A DNA stretch of 64,000 nucleotides. Origin: an uncultured Bacilli bacterium. Its GTDB lineage: Bacteria > Bacillota_I > Bacilli_A > RF39 > UBA660. The position numbers were made by a program, and so were the translations under genes. Below are positions 31,407 to 41,175 of the stretch, in pieces. The first letter of the stretch is position 1. Every line of letters starts with the position of its first letter. The DNA lies in contig CAKOKX010000001.1 of assembly GCA_934096035.1 (NCBI GenBank), positions 694,989 to 758,988 of the forward strand. The letters are read 5' to 3'. The notes below the pieces were generated by a model. It ran no database searches and was not told where the DNA came from. It saw only the letters and a list, made by a program, of their open reading frames with translations.

Positions 31407-32847
31407 CTACTACCATATCTTTATAATTCATTTCAGATTCTAATGCATATGCTAAATTTAAAACAGTTTGATCATCATAACAATTACCTGTAATATTAAC
31501 TCCAACAGGAAGGCCATTTATAAGCCCATTTGGTATTGTAATAGATGGAAATGCTCCGAAGTTACCAATTTGTAAATGATTTTCTAAAATAGATAATTCA
31601 TCATCAGAAACTTGTTCCATAACATCTTTAATTAAAGGTGCTACTCCACTACCAACAGGCAAAATAAATGCATCATATTCTTTAAATAAATCTTTAAATT
31701 TATTTACAATTAATCTTCTTACTCTACAAGCATTTAAGAAATATCTTTCTTGATTTTCTTTTTGCAATACATATGAACCTATTACAAATCTTCTTTTAAT
31801 AAGGGGTGAAAATCCTTTAGTTCTATAATCTTTAATCATGTCCATGATATTATCTCCAGTTCCTCTAGGGCCAAAAGATATTCCTGTTAAATTAGACATG
31901 TTGCTAGTAGCTTCAGCACAAGAAATACAAACATAAACACTAGGAATTGTACTAAGTAGAGTTTTATCTATAGATATTTCATCTACAATAACACCAATAT
32001 TTCTTAGTTTTTCTATTGTTTCATTAAAGTTGTTTAAATGTAATTTTAATTCCTCACTAGCATTCGGATAATTACTAATATCAGTAATTTCTCTTATATA
32101 AAATAATTTCTTTTCATTCACATCTTTATTCAAATTTTCAAATAAATTTATATTGCTTGAATCCCAAGAAGTTTGGTCATTTTCATCTATACCTTTCATA
32201 GCATCAACTACTAATGCCGCATCACTAACACTTCTTGTTAAAACTCCACAAGTATCTAAACTAGATGCAAATGGAAATAAACCATATCTTGAAATCATTC
32301 CATAAGTAGGTTTATAGCCTACAATTCCACAGTATCCTGCAGGTTTACGAATAGAATCTCCAGTATCACTACCTAAAGCATAAGGATAAACACCTGCCGC
32401 AACACTACATGCAGAACCTGCTGAAGAACCACCACAAATTCTTGTATCGTCCCATGGGTTCTTGATAATTCCTGTGTGAGCAGTTAACCCAGTACCACCC
32501 ATTCCAAATTCATCTAAAGCAGTTTTAGCAACTCCAACAGCACCATTATTTTTCAAATTAACAATCGCAGTTGCATCAAAGAATGGCACATAATCTTTTA
32601 ATGTATTACTAGAACCTGTAGATAAAATATCTTTCGTAGAATAATTATCTTTAATACCATAAGGAATCCCGCTTAAATAGTTATTTTCATCAAATTCCCC
32701 ATTTGCATCATCAATTATAGTTACAAACGCATTACATTTTTTTTGTAATTCATAAGCATTACTAATTGAGTCTTTAATTAATTCCGCACTTGTAACTTCT
32801 TTATTTTTTAACATTTCATGAAATTCAATAATTCCTGGCTTTTTCAT
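31390..32847 (-). CDS. gatA: Glu-tRNA(Gln) amidotransferase subunit A (amidase)
   Basis: An amidase signature (GGSSGGSA region) and an S-cisS-K triad context; 485 aa. Confidence 0.9.
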   Translation of the reverse strand: MKKPGIIEFHEMLKNKEVTSAELIKDSISNAYELQKKCNAFVTIIDDANGEFDENNYLSGIPYGIKDNYSTKDILSTGSSNTLKDYVPFFDATAIVNLKNNGAVGVAKTALDEFGMGGTGLTAHTGIIKNPWDDTRICGGSSAGSACSVAAGVYPYALGSDTGDSIRKPAGYCGIVGYKPTYGMISRYGLFPFASSLDTCGVLTRSVSDAALVVDAMKGIDENDQTSWDSSNINLFENLNKDVNEKKLFYIREITDISNYPNASEELKLHLNNFNETIEKLRNIGVIVDEISIDKTLLSTIPSVYVCISCAEATSNMSNLTGISFGPRGTGDNIMDMIKDYRTKGFSPLIKRRFVIGSYVLQKENQERYFLNACRVRRLIVNKFKDLFKEYDAFILPVGSGVAPLIKDVMEQVSDDELSILENHLQIGNFGAFPSITIPNGLINGLPVGVNITGNCYDDQTVLNLAYALESEMNYKDMVVGDNNE

Positions 32848-33143
32848 TATCCCACCACCTTTGGAACACTAACAAAATCATCTTCTACAGAATCACAATT
32901 TTGTAATAAATTTTCAACTGGAATACTTTCTTTTGCAACATCTTCTCTTAATATAAAAGAAAAATCATCTAAAGTATGTGTCATAGGTTCAACTTTTTCT
33001 ATATCAGGCATATTTGCAATTTTTTCCATTGATTTTTCAATAACATCAAACTCTTTTAAAACCATATTATTTTCATCATCAGTTAAACCAATAAGCAATT
33101 TACCAGCATAATCATCAATCATTTCTTTTGTAAATTTATTCAA
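32847..33143 (-). CDS. gatC: Glu-tRNA(Gln) amidotransferase subunit C
   Basis: 98 aa, overlapping the gatA start. A GatC-like acidic helix. Confidence 0.75.
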   Translation of the reverse strand: MNKFTKEMIDDYAGKLLIGLTDDENNMVLKEFDVIEKSMEKIANMPDIEKVEPMTHTLDDFSFILREDVAKESIPVENLLQNCDSVEDDFVSVPKVVG

Positions 33144-33150
33144 AAGTACT

Positions 33151-33693
33151 TCACTCCTCTATATTATTTAAAATTTCATCTAATCTATTATGAAAATCAT
33201 TAATTGTACCATTGTTGAAAATATAATAATCAGCATAAGCTATTGGTCCCGCCTTAGCAATATTTTCAATTTCTGAAATATCTCTTTTTATAGCATCAGA
33301 TTCACTAAAAGGTCTTTCAATTCTCTTAGAAAGTCTATCATATCTAATTTTTTTATCTGCAACAACTGCAATCGTAGTCATATTAAATTCATTATTTAAA
33401 ATAACTAATTCATCCCACGAATAAAGTCCATCAAGAACAACATCATTATTTAAAGATAATTCTTTAATAGTTGGAAGTAAAACTTTAGCATAAGCTCCCA
33501 TCCCAAGTTCACTACGAAGTTTTTCTCTCATCATTTTTTCATTATCCGGAGTTATATCTAGACCATTTTCTTTTAATTTATCCATTGTAACTCCACCGAA
33601 ATAAACCCTTTTATAACCCAATCCAATCAAATACTCACTAGCAACAGATTTACCACTACCGCACATTCCAACAATTGCAATAATTTTTCCCAT
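33151..33693 (-). CDS. P-loop nucleoside/nucleotide kinase-like protein (dephospho-CoA kinase-like fold)
   Basis: Walker A motif GMCGSGKS at the N-terminus and a small LID-like region; 180 aa. It is translationally coupled between asnS and gatC. Confidence 0.45.
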   Translation of the reverse strand: MGKIIAIVGMCGSGKSVASEYLIGLGYKRVYFGGVTMDKLKENGLDITPDNEKMMREKLRSELGMGAYAKVLLPTIKELSLNNDVVLDGLYSWDELVILNNEFNMTTIAVVADKKIRYDRLSKRIERPFSESDAIKRDISEIENIAKAGPIAYADYYIFNNGTINDFHNRLDEILNNIEE

Positions 33694-33702
33694 AAAAACC
33701 CT

Positions 33703-35079
33703 CTAAAATTCACATGAACCAGGTGTTCTTGGATAAGGAATAACATCACGAATATTTTCAATGCCTGTTAGATACATAATAAGTCTTTCAAATCCCATTC
33801 CAAATCCTGAATGAATGCATCCACCATATCTTCTTAGATTTACATACCATTCAATGCTTTCTTCTTCTACACCTAATTCTTTCATTCTAGCCAGTAAAAC
33901 ATCTAATTTTTCTTCTCTTTGTGATCCACCAATAAGTTCACCAGCTCCTGGTACTTCTAAATCAACACCAGCAACAGTTTTTCCATCTTCATTTAATTTC
34001 ATGTAATATGCTTTAATTCCTGCTGGCCAATTTTTAATAAATACTGGAACACTAAAATGATTTGTTAACCATCTTTCATGTTCTTTAGCAATATCTTCTT
34101 CATAAGATGGTTCAAATTCCCATTTTTCACCACTATTTTTTAATAAATCAATTGCTTCTTTATGATCAATTCTTATAAAAGTACTATTTGCTACATTTTC
34201 TAATTTTGCTTTTAATCCTTTTTCTACAAATTTATCAAAGAAATCAATTTCATCTGGACAATTTTCTAAAACATATTTAACAATATATTTTAGGAAATCT
34301 TCTTCAATATCCATTAAATCATTGATATCTGCAAAAGCTATTTCAGGTTCAATCATCCAGAATTCATTTGCATGAGTCTTAGTATTTGAATTTTCTGTTC
34401 TAAAAGTTGGCCCAAAAGTATAAATCTTACTAAATGCTAAAGCAAATGTTTCGCCATGAAGTTGTCCTGAACCAGTAATAAATGTCTTTTTATTAAATAA
34501 ATCTTTACTAAAGTCTACTTTCCCATCTTTTTTTGGTAGATTATCAAAATCAAATGTAGATACTTTAAACATTTGATCACTACCTTCACAATCTGCAGTT
34601 GTTAAAAGTGGTGTATGAACATAAATATAATTTCTATCTTGGAAATATTTATGAATGGCATAAGCTGCTACACTTCTTACTCTAAATACTGCTTGAAAAG
34701 TGTTAGCTCTAGGTCTTAAATATGCAATACTTCTTAAAAATTCCATACTATGTTTTTTAGGTTGTAATGGATAATCTTCAGAGCAATCTCCCAACAATTT
34801 AATACTTTTAGCTTTTAATTCATAATCTTGTCCACTGCCTTCAGATTTAACAAAATTCCCGATAACCTCAATACTTGAACCATCATGTAATTTTACAAGA
34901 TTACTAAAATCTTCTAATTCATTTGTATATACTACTTGTAAGTGTTTAAAACTAGTTCCATCTGAAAAATCAATAAAACCAAATTCCTTTTGAGGTCTAT
35001 GATTTCTAATCCAACCACTTATCTTAATTTCCTTATCTAAATATTCTTCACTACTCTTTTGTAATTCTTTAATTGTCAT
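33703..35079 (-). CDS. asnS: asparaginyl-tRNA synthetase
   Basis: A class IIb aaRS with an N-terminal OB fold, motif 2 FRTENS..THANEF, and motif 3 GFGMGFERL; 458 aa. Confidence 0.9.
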   Translation of the reverse strand: MTIKELQKSSEEYLDKEIKISGWIRNHRPQKEFGFIDFSDGTSFKHLQVVYTNELEDFSNLVKLHDGSSIEVIGNFVKSEGSGQDYELKAKSIKLLGDCSEDYPLQPKKHSMEFLRSIAYLRPRANTFQAVFRVRSVAAYAIHKYFQDRNYIYVHTPLLTTADCEGSDQMFKVSTFDFDNLPKKDGKVDFSKDLFNKKTFITGSGQLHGETFALAFSKIYTFGPTFRTENSNTKTHANEFWMIEPEIAFADINDLMDIEEDFLKYIVKYVLENCPDEIDFFDKFVEKGLKAKLENVANSTFIRIDHKEAIDLLKNSGEKWEFEPSYEEDIAKEHERWLTNHFSVPVFIKNWPAGIKAYYMKLNEDGKTVAGVDLEVPGAGELIGGSQREEKLDVLLARMKELGVEEESIEWYVNLRRYGGCIHSGFGMGFERLIMYLTGIENIRDVIPYPRTPGSCEF

Positions 35080-36127
35080 TTTTCTTCCTTCTTTCTCTTT
35101 TTAAATGAGTATTTAAACTCTTAATGAAATCATTTTTATTATAAGCATCTTTAAAATATATTTTTAAATTTATGCTAACTAAAATATATTGTTTCATAAG
35201 TTCTTCAAATTCAAATTCACTACCACGCAAAGCTAAATTAATAGTTCTTTCAATATTAATACCTAATACATGCATTGCCATTATTGCATCAAGAAAATCT
35301 TCAGAATGATTTGTAATAAATGCTGTAACTATTTTATATTCTTCTTGTTCACTAGTAAATTCACTAACATTACTCCACCACTCTAATAATAAATGTCCTG
35401 TTTTACTAATATTCTCTTTAGAATTTAACCATTCATTTACAGTCTTTTCTTCTTCATAGCTATAAAAATTATTTTCAATATCACTATGATCTTTATCAAT
35501 ATTGCTTTCAATACTTAATATAAAATCATTTCTTAATGCTTGATATTTATCTTTATATAATAATTTTAAATTTCTAGAAATAACTAATATTTTATCTACT
35601 TCTTTTTCCAAACAATTTTTCTTTATTGCTTCATCTATTATTTCTTTTATATTTTTTTCTTGCCAATTGCATATAAATATTGCTTCAAAAACATCATCTG
35701 GTCTTTTGCAAATTAAATTGCTTAATATTTGATATTCATTTGAATCTTTAGAATATGTATTAGAATTTGCTAATAACTTTAATAATAAATTTTCTAAATA
35801 ACTATGCTTAACATGTTCATTTTCATGTTTATTTTTATTTACATTTTCACTTAAGAACTTTTCTTCTAATAAATTACCATATCTAGTAGAAAAATTATCA
35901 GCTTTATTCTTTAAATAATTCATATTATCTACAAATCTATTGCCTATAGCATAATTTATAATAACTTTACTATTATACCCTAAAGAATATAAATAAGAAG
36001 TAATTTTTAAAGCATCATCAAGTTTTTCTTTTACAAACCTTGTAATTTTACACTTTGCTTTATAAGTATATACTTCTTCACTACTATAAAGTATCCAATT
36101 TAATACTATTTCTTCAATATAACCCAT
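35069..36127 (-). CDS. hypothetical protein (352 aa); it overlaps the asnS start
   Basis: A long ORF. I see a weak resemblance of the N-terminal region to DnaD/DnaB-type helical domains but cannot confirm it. Confidence 0.45.
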   Translation of the reverse strand: MGYIEEIVLNWILYSSEEVYTYKAKCKITRFVKEKLDDALKITSYLYSLGYNSKVIINYAIGNRFVDNMNYLKNKADNFSTRYGNLLEEKFLSENVNKNKHENEHVKHSYLENLLLKLLANSNTYSKDSNEYQILSNLICKRPDDVFEAIFICNWQEKNIKEIIDEAIKKNCLEKEVDKILVISRNLKLLYKDKYQALRNDFILSIESNIDKDHSDIENNFYSYEEEKTVNEWLNSKENISKTGHLLLEWWSNVSEFTSEQEEYKIVTAFITNHSEDFLDAIMAMHVLGINIERTINLALRGSEFEFEELMKQYILVSINLKIYFKDAYNKNDFIKSLNTHLKRERRKKNDN

Positions 36128-36136
36128 AGTTCCTCC

Positions 36137-36862
36137 TTATATATTACCTAAGATATATTCAAGCACATCAGCTTCATCTATTTTTATTACTTCTTCAGTA
36201 TAATTATCTTTAATACTAATTATACCTTTAATTAAATTTTCATCATCTAACAATATATTAAATTTACTATTAACTTTTTCATTTAACACAACATTAATAT
36301 TATTCATTCTTAAATCCTGTGCTATTTTTAAAGCATGATAACTTTCTTCTTCACTAATACCAATTATACTTACATCAATATTTACATCTAAAGCATTATC
36401 CCTAATAATGTTCATTACTTCATTAATTAATGTCTCAATATTAATTTTAATATTAATTTCATTATTATTTTTACATCCAACACCCATAATTACATCTTCA
36501 TAAATATAATTCCAAGTTAATTCATTACTTTCAATATTATTTACACAATATATTTCCAACACTTCTAATAAGTTTAATATTTCATCATTACAACTAATAC
36601 TTAATTCTATATCCTCTAATCCAAATCTTTTAAATAAATTGTATCCTAAACTTATTGCTTCAACATCACTAACTAAATCATCCGAATTTTTTACATGAAT
36701 TTCAATATCTTCTAAATTATTAGTATAATATTTATTACTATCTGACTTTCCTATAACAAATACATAATTATAATTATCCATATGTTGATTCAAAATTTCT
36801 ATTAAATAATTATACAGCCTTGTTTTCTTTCCACTCAATGTCATATTTATCAGTCCTTTCAA
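36137..36862 (-). CDS. stand-alone fragment resembling the C-terminal part of HisRS, including its anticodon-binding domain
   Basis: DVSIIGISEEESYHALKIAQDLR...INVVLNE...KFNILLDDENLIKGIISIKD aligns with the HisRS anticodon-binding domain pattern D-YIV-G-ea---al-la-LR-aGi---d---k--kqfk-A----a-ailGe-E. The N-terminal catalytic core is absent. Confidence 0.5.
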   Translation of the reverse strand: MKGLINMTLSGKKTRLYNYLIEILNQHMDNYNYVFVIGKSDSNKYYTNNLEDIEIHVKNSDDLVSDVEAISLGYNLFKRFGLEDIELSISCNDEILNLLEVLEIYCVNNIESNELTWNYIYEDVIMGVGCKNNNEINIKINIETLINEVMNIIRDNALDVNIDVSIIGISEEESYHALKIAQDLRMNNINVVLNEKVNSKFNILLDDENLIKGIISIKDNYTEEVIKIDEADVLEYILGNI

Positions 36863-36883
36863 TTACTCTTTATTTTACCATAT

Positions 36884-36910
36884 TTAAAAAGGAAATAGAA
36901 TACTATTTCC
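36884..36910 (-). terminator. terminator separating the aspS unit from the HisRS-like gene
   Basis: GGAAATA-GAATAC-TATTTCC with A and T runs on either side. Confidence 0.45.
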
Positions 36911-36954
36911 CAAATTTTTACAAAACTTTATTGGTAAACAAAAAGAAAGCATCA

Positions 36955-37677
36955 TTACTTTCCTTCATTTGTTTTTAGCCAAAGCATAAAATCATCTAAT
37001 AAATCATATTTAGTATCTTTATAATTGTCATACACATATTTTAAAATATCAACTACATTAGCATCTAAAACATCCAATTTTACAACTCTGATATCCTTAG
37101 TCATAACATATCTTCTTCTAAATGTACTCATATTCCACGATTCCATTACTTTACTATCAAAATCACTATAATCACCATATATTTTTTTCATAATTAAATA
37201 ATCTGTAGAATCTTTATCTAAATTATATTTTACTTTTACCTCATCATATTCATCTTTATTATAATCACATGCATTAGAAACATTAATAACTAAGTATGTA
37301 CATTCTAACATATCGTGATAATATTTAGTAAATACAGTATTTTTCTTATATTCGTCATTTTTATACTCATTACTTAAAAATTCTTTAGTCCACTCATACA
37401 TTTTAGTTTTAAATACATCATCATCATATTTTTTTCTTAAGTTTTTTTCTCCATATGTATTATTCATCATCCATTTAAGATAGACATCATGATATTTTAA
37501 CATACCATTTACACCCGTCGAAAAATAAAGTCTTCTAGAACTATCAACCATCGCCAAACTAGCACTAATCTCTGGAGTTAAGTTATTTTTTTCAATACGA
37601 GCTAAATCAATTGTTTTCGTAAAATGAAAATATGCTCTATCAAAATCTAAATCACACAAATTTACCCTTCTTAACAT
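36955..37677 (-). CDS. hypothetical protein (240 aa), translationally coupled to aspS
   Basis: The start lies 8 nt after the aspS stop, with a weak AGGA ribosome-binding site inside the aspS 3' end. The next terminator is downstream of this ORF. Confidence 0.5.
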   Translation of the reverse strand: MLRRVNLCDLDFDRAYFHFTKTIDLARIEKNNLTPEISASLAMVDSSRRLYFSTGVNGMLKYHDVYLKWMMNNTYGEKNLRKKYDDDVFKTKMYEWTKEFLSNEYKNDEYKKNTVFTKYYHDMLECTYLVINVSNACDYNKDEYDEVKVKYNLDKDSTDYLIMKKIYGDYSDFDSKVMESWNMSTFRRRYVMTKDIRVVKLDVLDANVVDILKYVYDNYKDTKYDLLDDFMLWLKTNEGK

Positions 37678-37684
37678 AGTAATC

Positions 37685-39424
37685 CTACAAATCTAATTTT
37701 ATATGTGCTTCTTTTAATTGTTCAGGGAAAGCTTCTCCAGGGCATCCCATCATAGCATCTGCACCATTTGCTCCAATTGGGAATGGTACAATCTCCCTAA
37801 TATTTTCTTCATCTTTTAAAAGCATTATAATTCTATCAATACCAGGGGCCATACCAGCATGTGGAGGTGCTCCATATTTAAATGCTTCATATAAACTTGG
37901 AAATTTGCTTCTTACAACATCCTCATTATAACCAACAAGTTCAAAGGCTTTTTTAAGAATTTCCGGAGAATGGTTACGAACTCCACCAGAAGCCATTTCA
38001 TATCCATTACAAACAAAATCATATTGGAATGCTTCAATTTCAAATGGATTTTTATTATTTAGAGCATTTAAGCCACCTTTTGGCATACTAAATGGATTGT
38101 GTGAAAATTCAATTGCTCCAGTATCTTCATTTTCTTCATAGAAAGGAAAATCATTTATAATACAAAATTCATATCTATTTTTATCAATTAAATCAAGTTC
38201 ATTACCTAATTTAGTTCTTAAGTTACCCATAATTCTTGCACATCTTTTTTTATCTGCAACAATAAATAAAGCATCATTTTCATGTAAATTCATTCTTTTA
38301 ATTAATTCATTTTTAACTTCATCACTCATAAATTTAGTTAAAGATGATTTTAATTCCATACCAGTTTTTACTTGAATATAACCTAAATTACCATGAAGTC
38401 CTTTTACATATTCTTCCATAGATTTATACCACGAATTAGATTTTTCAATATTTTCTACTTTAATACATCTAACAACTGTATCTTTAAATGGAGCAAAATC
38501 ACTTTTATTCATTATATCAGATATATCTTCAATTATTAATGGATTTCTTAAATCTGGTTTATCGCTACCATATTTTAATATCGCATCTTTAAATTTAATT
38601 CTTCTAAATGGAGCTGGACTTACATACTTATCACTAAATGTACTAAATACATCATAAAATACTTTTTCACCAACTTTATATACATCTTCATCAGTTGCAA
38701 AACTCATTTCAAAGTCTAATTGATAAAATTCCCCATATAATCTATCACTTCTTGGATCTTCATCTCTAAAGCAAGGTGCTATTTGGAAATACTTATTAAA
38801 TCCAGAAACCATTAATAATTGTTTAAAGATTTGTGGTGATTGAGGTAGCGCATAAAACTTACCTGCGAATTTTCTTGAAGGAATTATAAAGTCTCTGGCT
38901 CCTTCTGGACTAGTGGCAGTAATAATTGGAGTTTGTACTTCCAAAAAGTCCATTTCTTTCATAGTTTTTCTTAAGAAATCCATAATCTTACTTCTAAATA
39001 TAATATTATCATGAACTTCTTTATTTCTTAAATCTAAATAACGATATTTAAGTCTTGTATCTTCATTAGATTCTTTAGACTTATTAATTTCAAATGGTAA
39101 AACATTTACACAATCTCCAAGAACTTCAAGTGTTTCAAGTCTAACTTCAATTTCTCCAGTTTTCATGTTCTTGTTAACCATATCAGGTGTTCTTGCTTCA
39201 ACTACTCCAGTAATTGTAACTGTTGCTTCACGATGTAAATTCTTATATCTTTCTACATCTTCAGATATTAATTGCACAATCCCGGTTTCATCTCTTAGCG
39301 TAATAAATACTAAATTACCAAGATTTCTAATACTATTAACCCATCCTGCTAACCTAATATTCTTACCAATATATGAAGAATCTACTTCTCCACAATAAAT
39401 ATCTCTGTACATATTTTCTTTCAT
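37685..39424 (-). CDS. aspS: aspartyl-tRNA synthetase
   Basis: A class IIb aaRS with an OB-fold N-terminus, motif 2 FRDE, a GAD insertion domain, and motif 3 GGVRNHS... then GMAPGIDRI; 579 aa. Confidence 0.9.
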   Translation of the reverse strand: MKENMYRDIYCGEVDSSYIGKNIRLAGWVNSIRNLGNLVFITLRDETGIVQLISEDVERYKNLHREATVTITGVVEARTPDMVNKNMKTGEIEVRLETLEVLGDCVNVLPFEINKSKESNEDTRLKYRYLDLRNKEVHDNIIFRSKIMDFLRKTMKEMDFLEVQTPIITATSPEGARDFIIPSRKFAGKFYALPQSPQIFKQLLMVSGFNKYFQIAPCFRDEDPRSDRLYGEFYQLDFEMSFATDEDVYKVGEKVFYDVFSTFSDKYVSPAPFRRIKFKDAILKYGSDKPDLRNPLIIEDISDIMNKSDFAPFKDTVVRCIKVENIEKSNSWYKSMEEYVKGLHGNLGYIQVKTGMELKSSLTKFMSDEVKNELIKRMNLHENDALFIVADKKRCARIMGNLRTKLGNELDLIDKNRYEFCIINDFPFYEENEDTGAIEFSHNPFSMPKGGLNALNNKNPFEIEAFQYDFVCNGYEMASGGVRNHSPEILKKAFELVGYNEDVVRSKFPSLYEAFKYGAPPHAGMAPGIDRIIMLLKDEENIREIVPFPIGANGADAMMGCPGEAFPEQLKEAHIKLDL

Positions 39425-39655
39425 ATTCTTTACTCCTCCTTAAATATAAAAAATTCTATAAATTAATTTAGCTTAAGGACGAGTATAACCCGCGGTGCCA
39501 CCTTAATTCATAGAATTCTATGCATCTTAATTTGCTATATCGGGCATTTCCGTTTACTTTCAAGGTACTATCTTCACTAACTTAAGTTACTAGTTTTCAC
39601 CATCCACTAGTTCTCTATAAACTATCAGTTACCTACTGGTTTACCAAATAAATCA
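39425..39655 (-). promoter_or_regulatory. T-box riboswitch leader of aspS
   Basis: On the minus strand, AATTAAGGTGGCACCGCGGG (plus-strand 39489..39508) matches the T-box consensus AANNNGGGTGGNACCGCGG. AGAGA and AGTA K-turn-like motifs lie upstream. A GAAGAUA candidate specifier (plus-strand 39569..39575) contains the Asp codon GAU followed by a purine. Confidence 0.75.
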
Positions 39656-39662
39656 TAAGTAG

Positions 39663-39691
39663 AATATACTACTTTTTTCATCATTTGTCTA
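39663..39691 (-). promoter_or_regulatory. candidate promoter for the T-box leader
   Basis: On the minus strand: TAGACA, a 17-nt spacer, then TATATT. The -35 element overlaps the stop codon of the upstream J-domain gene. Confidence 0.35.
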
Positions 39692-41161
39692 GATATTTTC
39701 TTTATTTTTCTCTCTTTTTAATATATTATTTTCATTATTTTTAAACTTTATTTCTTTTTTGCTTTTTAAGAAACTATTATAAAATCTATCATATAACGCT
39801 TGCTTATCTTTATATGTTCTACTAGCGGTATCCGTTGCATGAGTATTTAACGAATGAAATTCATCAAAATTCACTAGTAATATTTTATCATTTTCTGTTA
39901 AAAGAATATAACAACCAGTATTTTCATAATAATATAATGCTGTAGTTATAAATTTTGTATTTAAATATTGAATATAACCTTTGTCTCCTAAGAAATTCAA
40001 ATCTTTTAAAACATCTTTAAAATTATTATATTTTTTATAAAACTCTTCTTTAGTCATAAAAACTTCTTCTGCCATACCAGATGGGAACTTCTTTAAAAAG
40101 GATACAAGATTTCCTACTTCACCCTTTTTCAAAACAATCTCAGTTTCTTCATTATCAGAAAAATTGGCTGTAATATATAATTCATATTCACTTTCTTTAA
40201 GTTCATCACTATTTGTAAAAGTTAAATTACCAAGAATACCCAAAACTTTTTCATCGATTCTACCCAATTGAATGGCTTTTAATTTAGTCATAGCTCTATT
40301 AAATACATTCATAGCGATATCAATATCTTCTGTATCTGTTGGTTTTAACTTCATCATTCTTTTATTAAAGTTGTTCATTATTGCTTTATAAGTATCCCAC
40401 ATTTTATTATTTAATTCTTCATCTTTTAAAATTCTTACCTTTATTTCAGTTTGTAATCTATATATACCATCCTCTATTGTAATTTTTTCATCAACAATTT
40501 CTTTAAGTATTATTTCTTTTAAATCAGCAATTTCTTCTAATATTTTACTATTAACTTTTTTATCCTTAAACATGGATAATATAATTTTATCTAAATTTTT
40601 ATCAACTTTTTCATATTTTGTTCTAATTTTATTTACTTCATTTACATAAGCATCAAAAGAACAATTATCATTAATTGGTTCAAACTTGCTTATCCAAAAT
40701 TCAGGTACATTTTTTAATATTTCATTTTTATAACTTTTAAATAAATCTTTTATACTACCTATAGCAACATTATATTTAAAATCTACATGTAGTTTTTCTT
40801 TAGAGAAAGAAAATGCTTTAACAACATCCTCAATTGCCTTTGCATATTTGTATTCAGGTGTATCTGGTAAATAAACTGTTTTACTAACATAAAAATCTAA
40901 TTTCCGTCTTAAATTATTATAATACATTAAGAATTCATCATAATTTTCTTGTTTATTTTGCGTTCTACGACTTTTTGTTACTTCATATGAACCACCTTTT
41001 TTTAACACTTCATATGCATAATTAACTTTCTTCATCATCTCTTCATCACCATTTAAATCTGGATGGTATTTTTTAGATAATTCCAAGTATCTTTTCTTTA
41101 ATTCTTCTTTTGTAAAATTACTTGTAAATCCAAATAACTTTAATGCTTCACTATAATTCAC
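39689..41161 (-). CDS. J-domain protein (490 aa) with a large uncharacterised C-terminal region
   Basis: The first 60 residues read like a DnaJ J-domain (LSKKYHPDLNGDEEMMKKVNYAYEVL, with the HPD tripeptide). I recognise nothing in the remainder. Confidence 0.6.
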   Translation of the reverse strand: MNYSEALKLFGFTSNFTKEELKKRYLELSKKYHPDLNGDEEMMKKVNYAYEVLKKGGSYEVTKSRRTQNKQENYDEFLMYYNNLRRKLDFYVSKTVYLPDTPEYKYAKAIEDVVKAFSFSKEKLHVDFKYNVAIGSIKDLFKSYKNEILKNVPEFWISKFEPINDNCSFDAYVNEVNKIRTKYEKVDKNLDKIILSMFKDKKVNSKILEEIADLKEIILKEIVDEKITIEDGIYRLQTEIKVRILKDEELNNKMWDTYKAIMNNFNKRMMKLKPTDTEDIDIAMNVFNRAMTKLKAIQLGRIDEKVLGILGNLTFTNSDELKESEYELYITANFSDNEETEIVLKKGEVGNLVSFLKKFPSGMAEEVFMTKEEFYKKYNNFKDVLKDLNFLGDKGYIQYLNTKFITTALYYYENTGCYILLTENDKILLVNFDEFHSLNTHATDTASRTYKDKQALYDRFYNSFLKSKKEIKFKNNENNILKREKNKENI

Positions 41162-41175
41162 GATTTATCCTCCAT

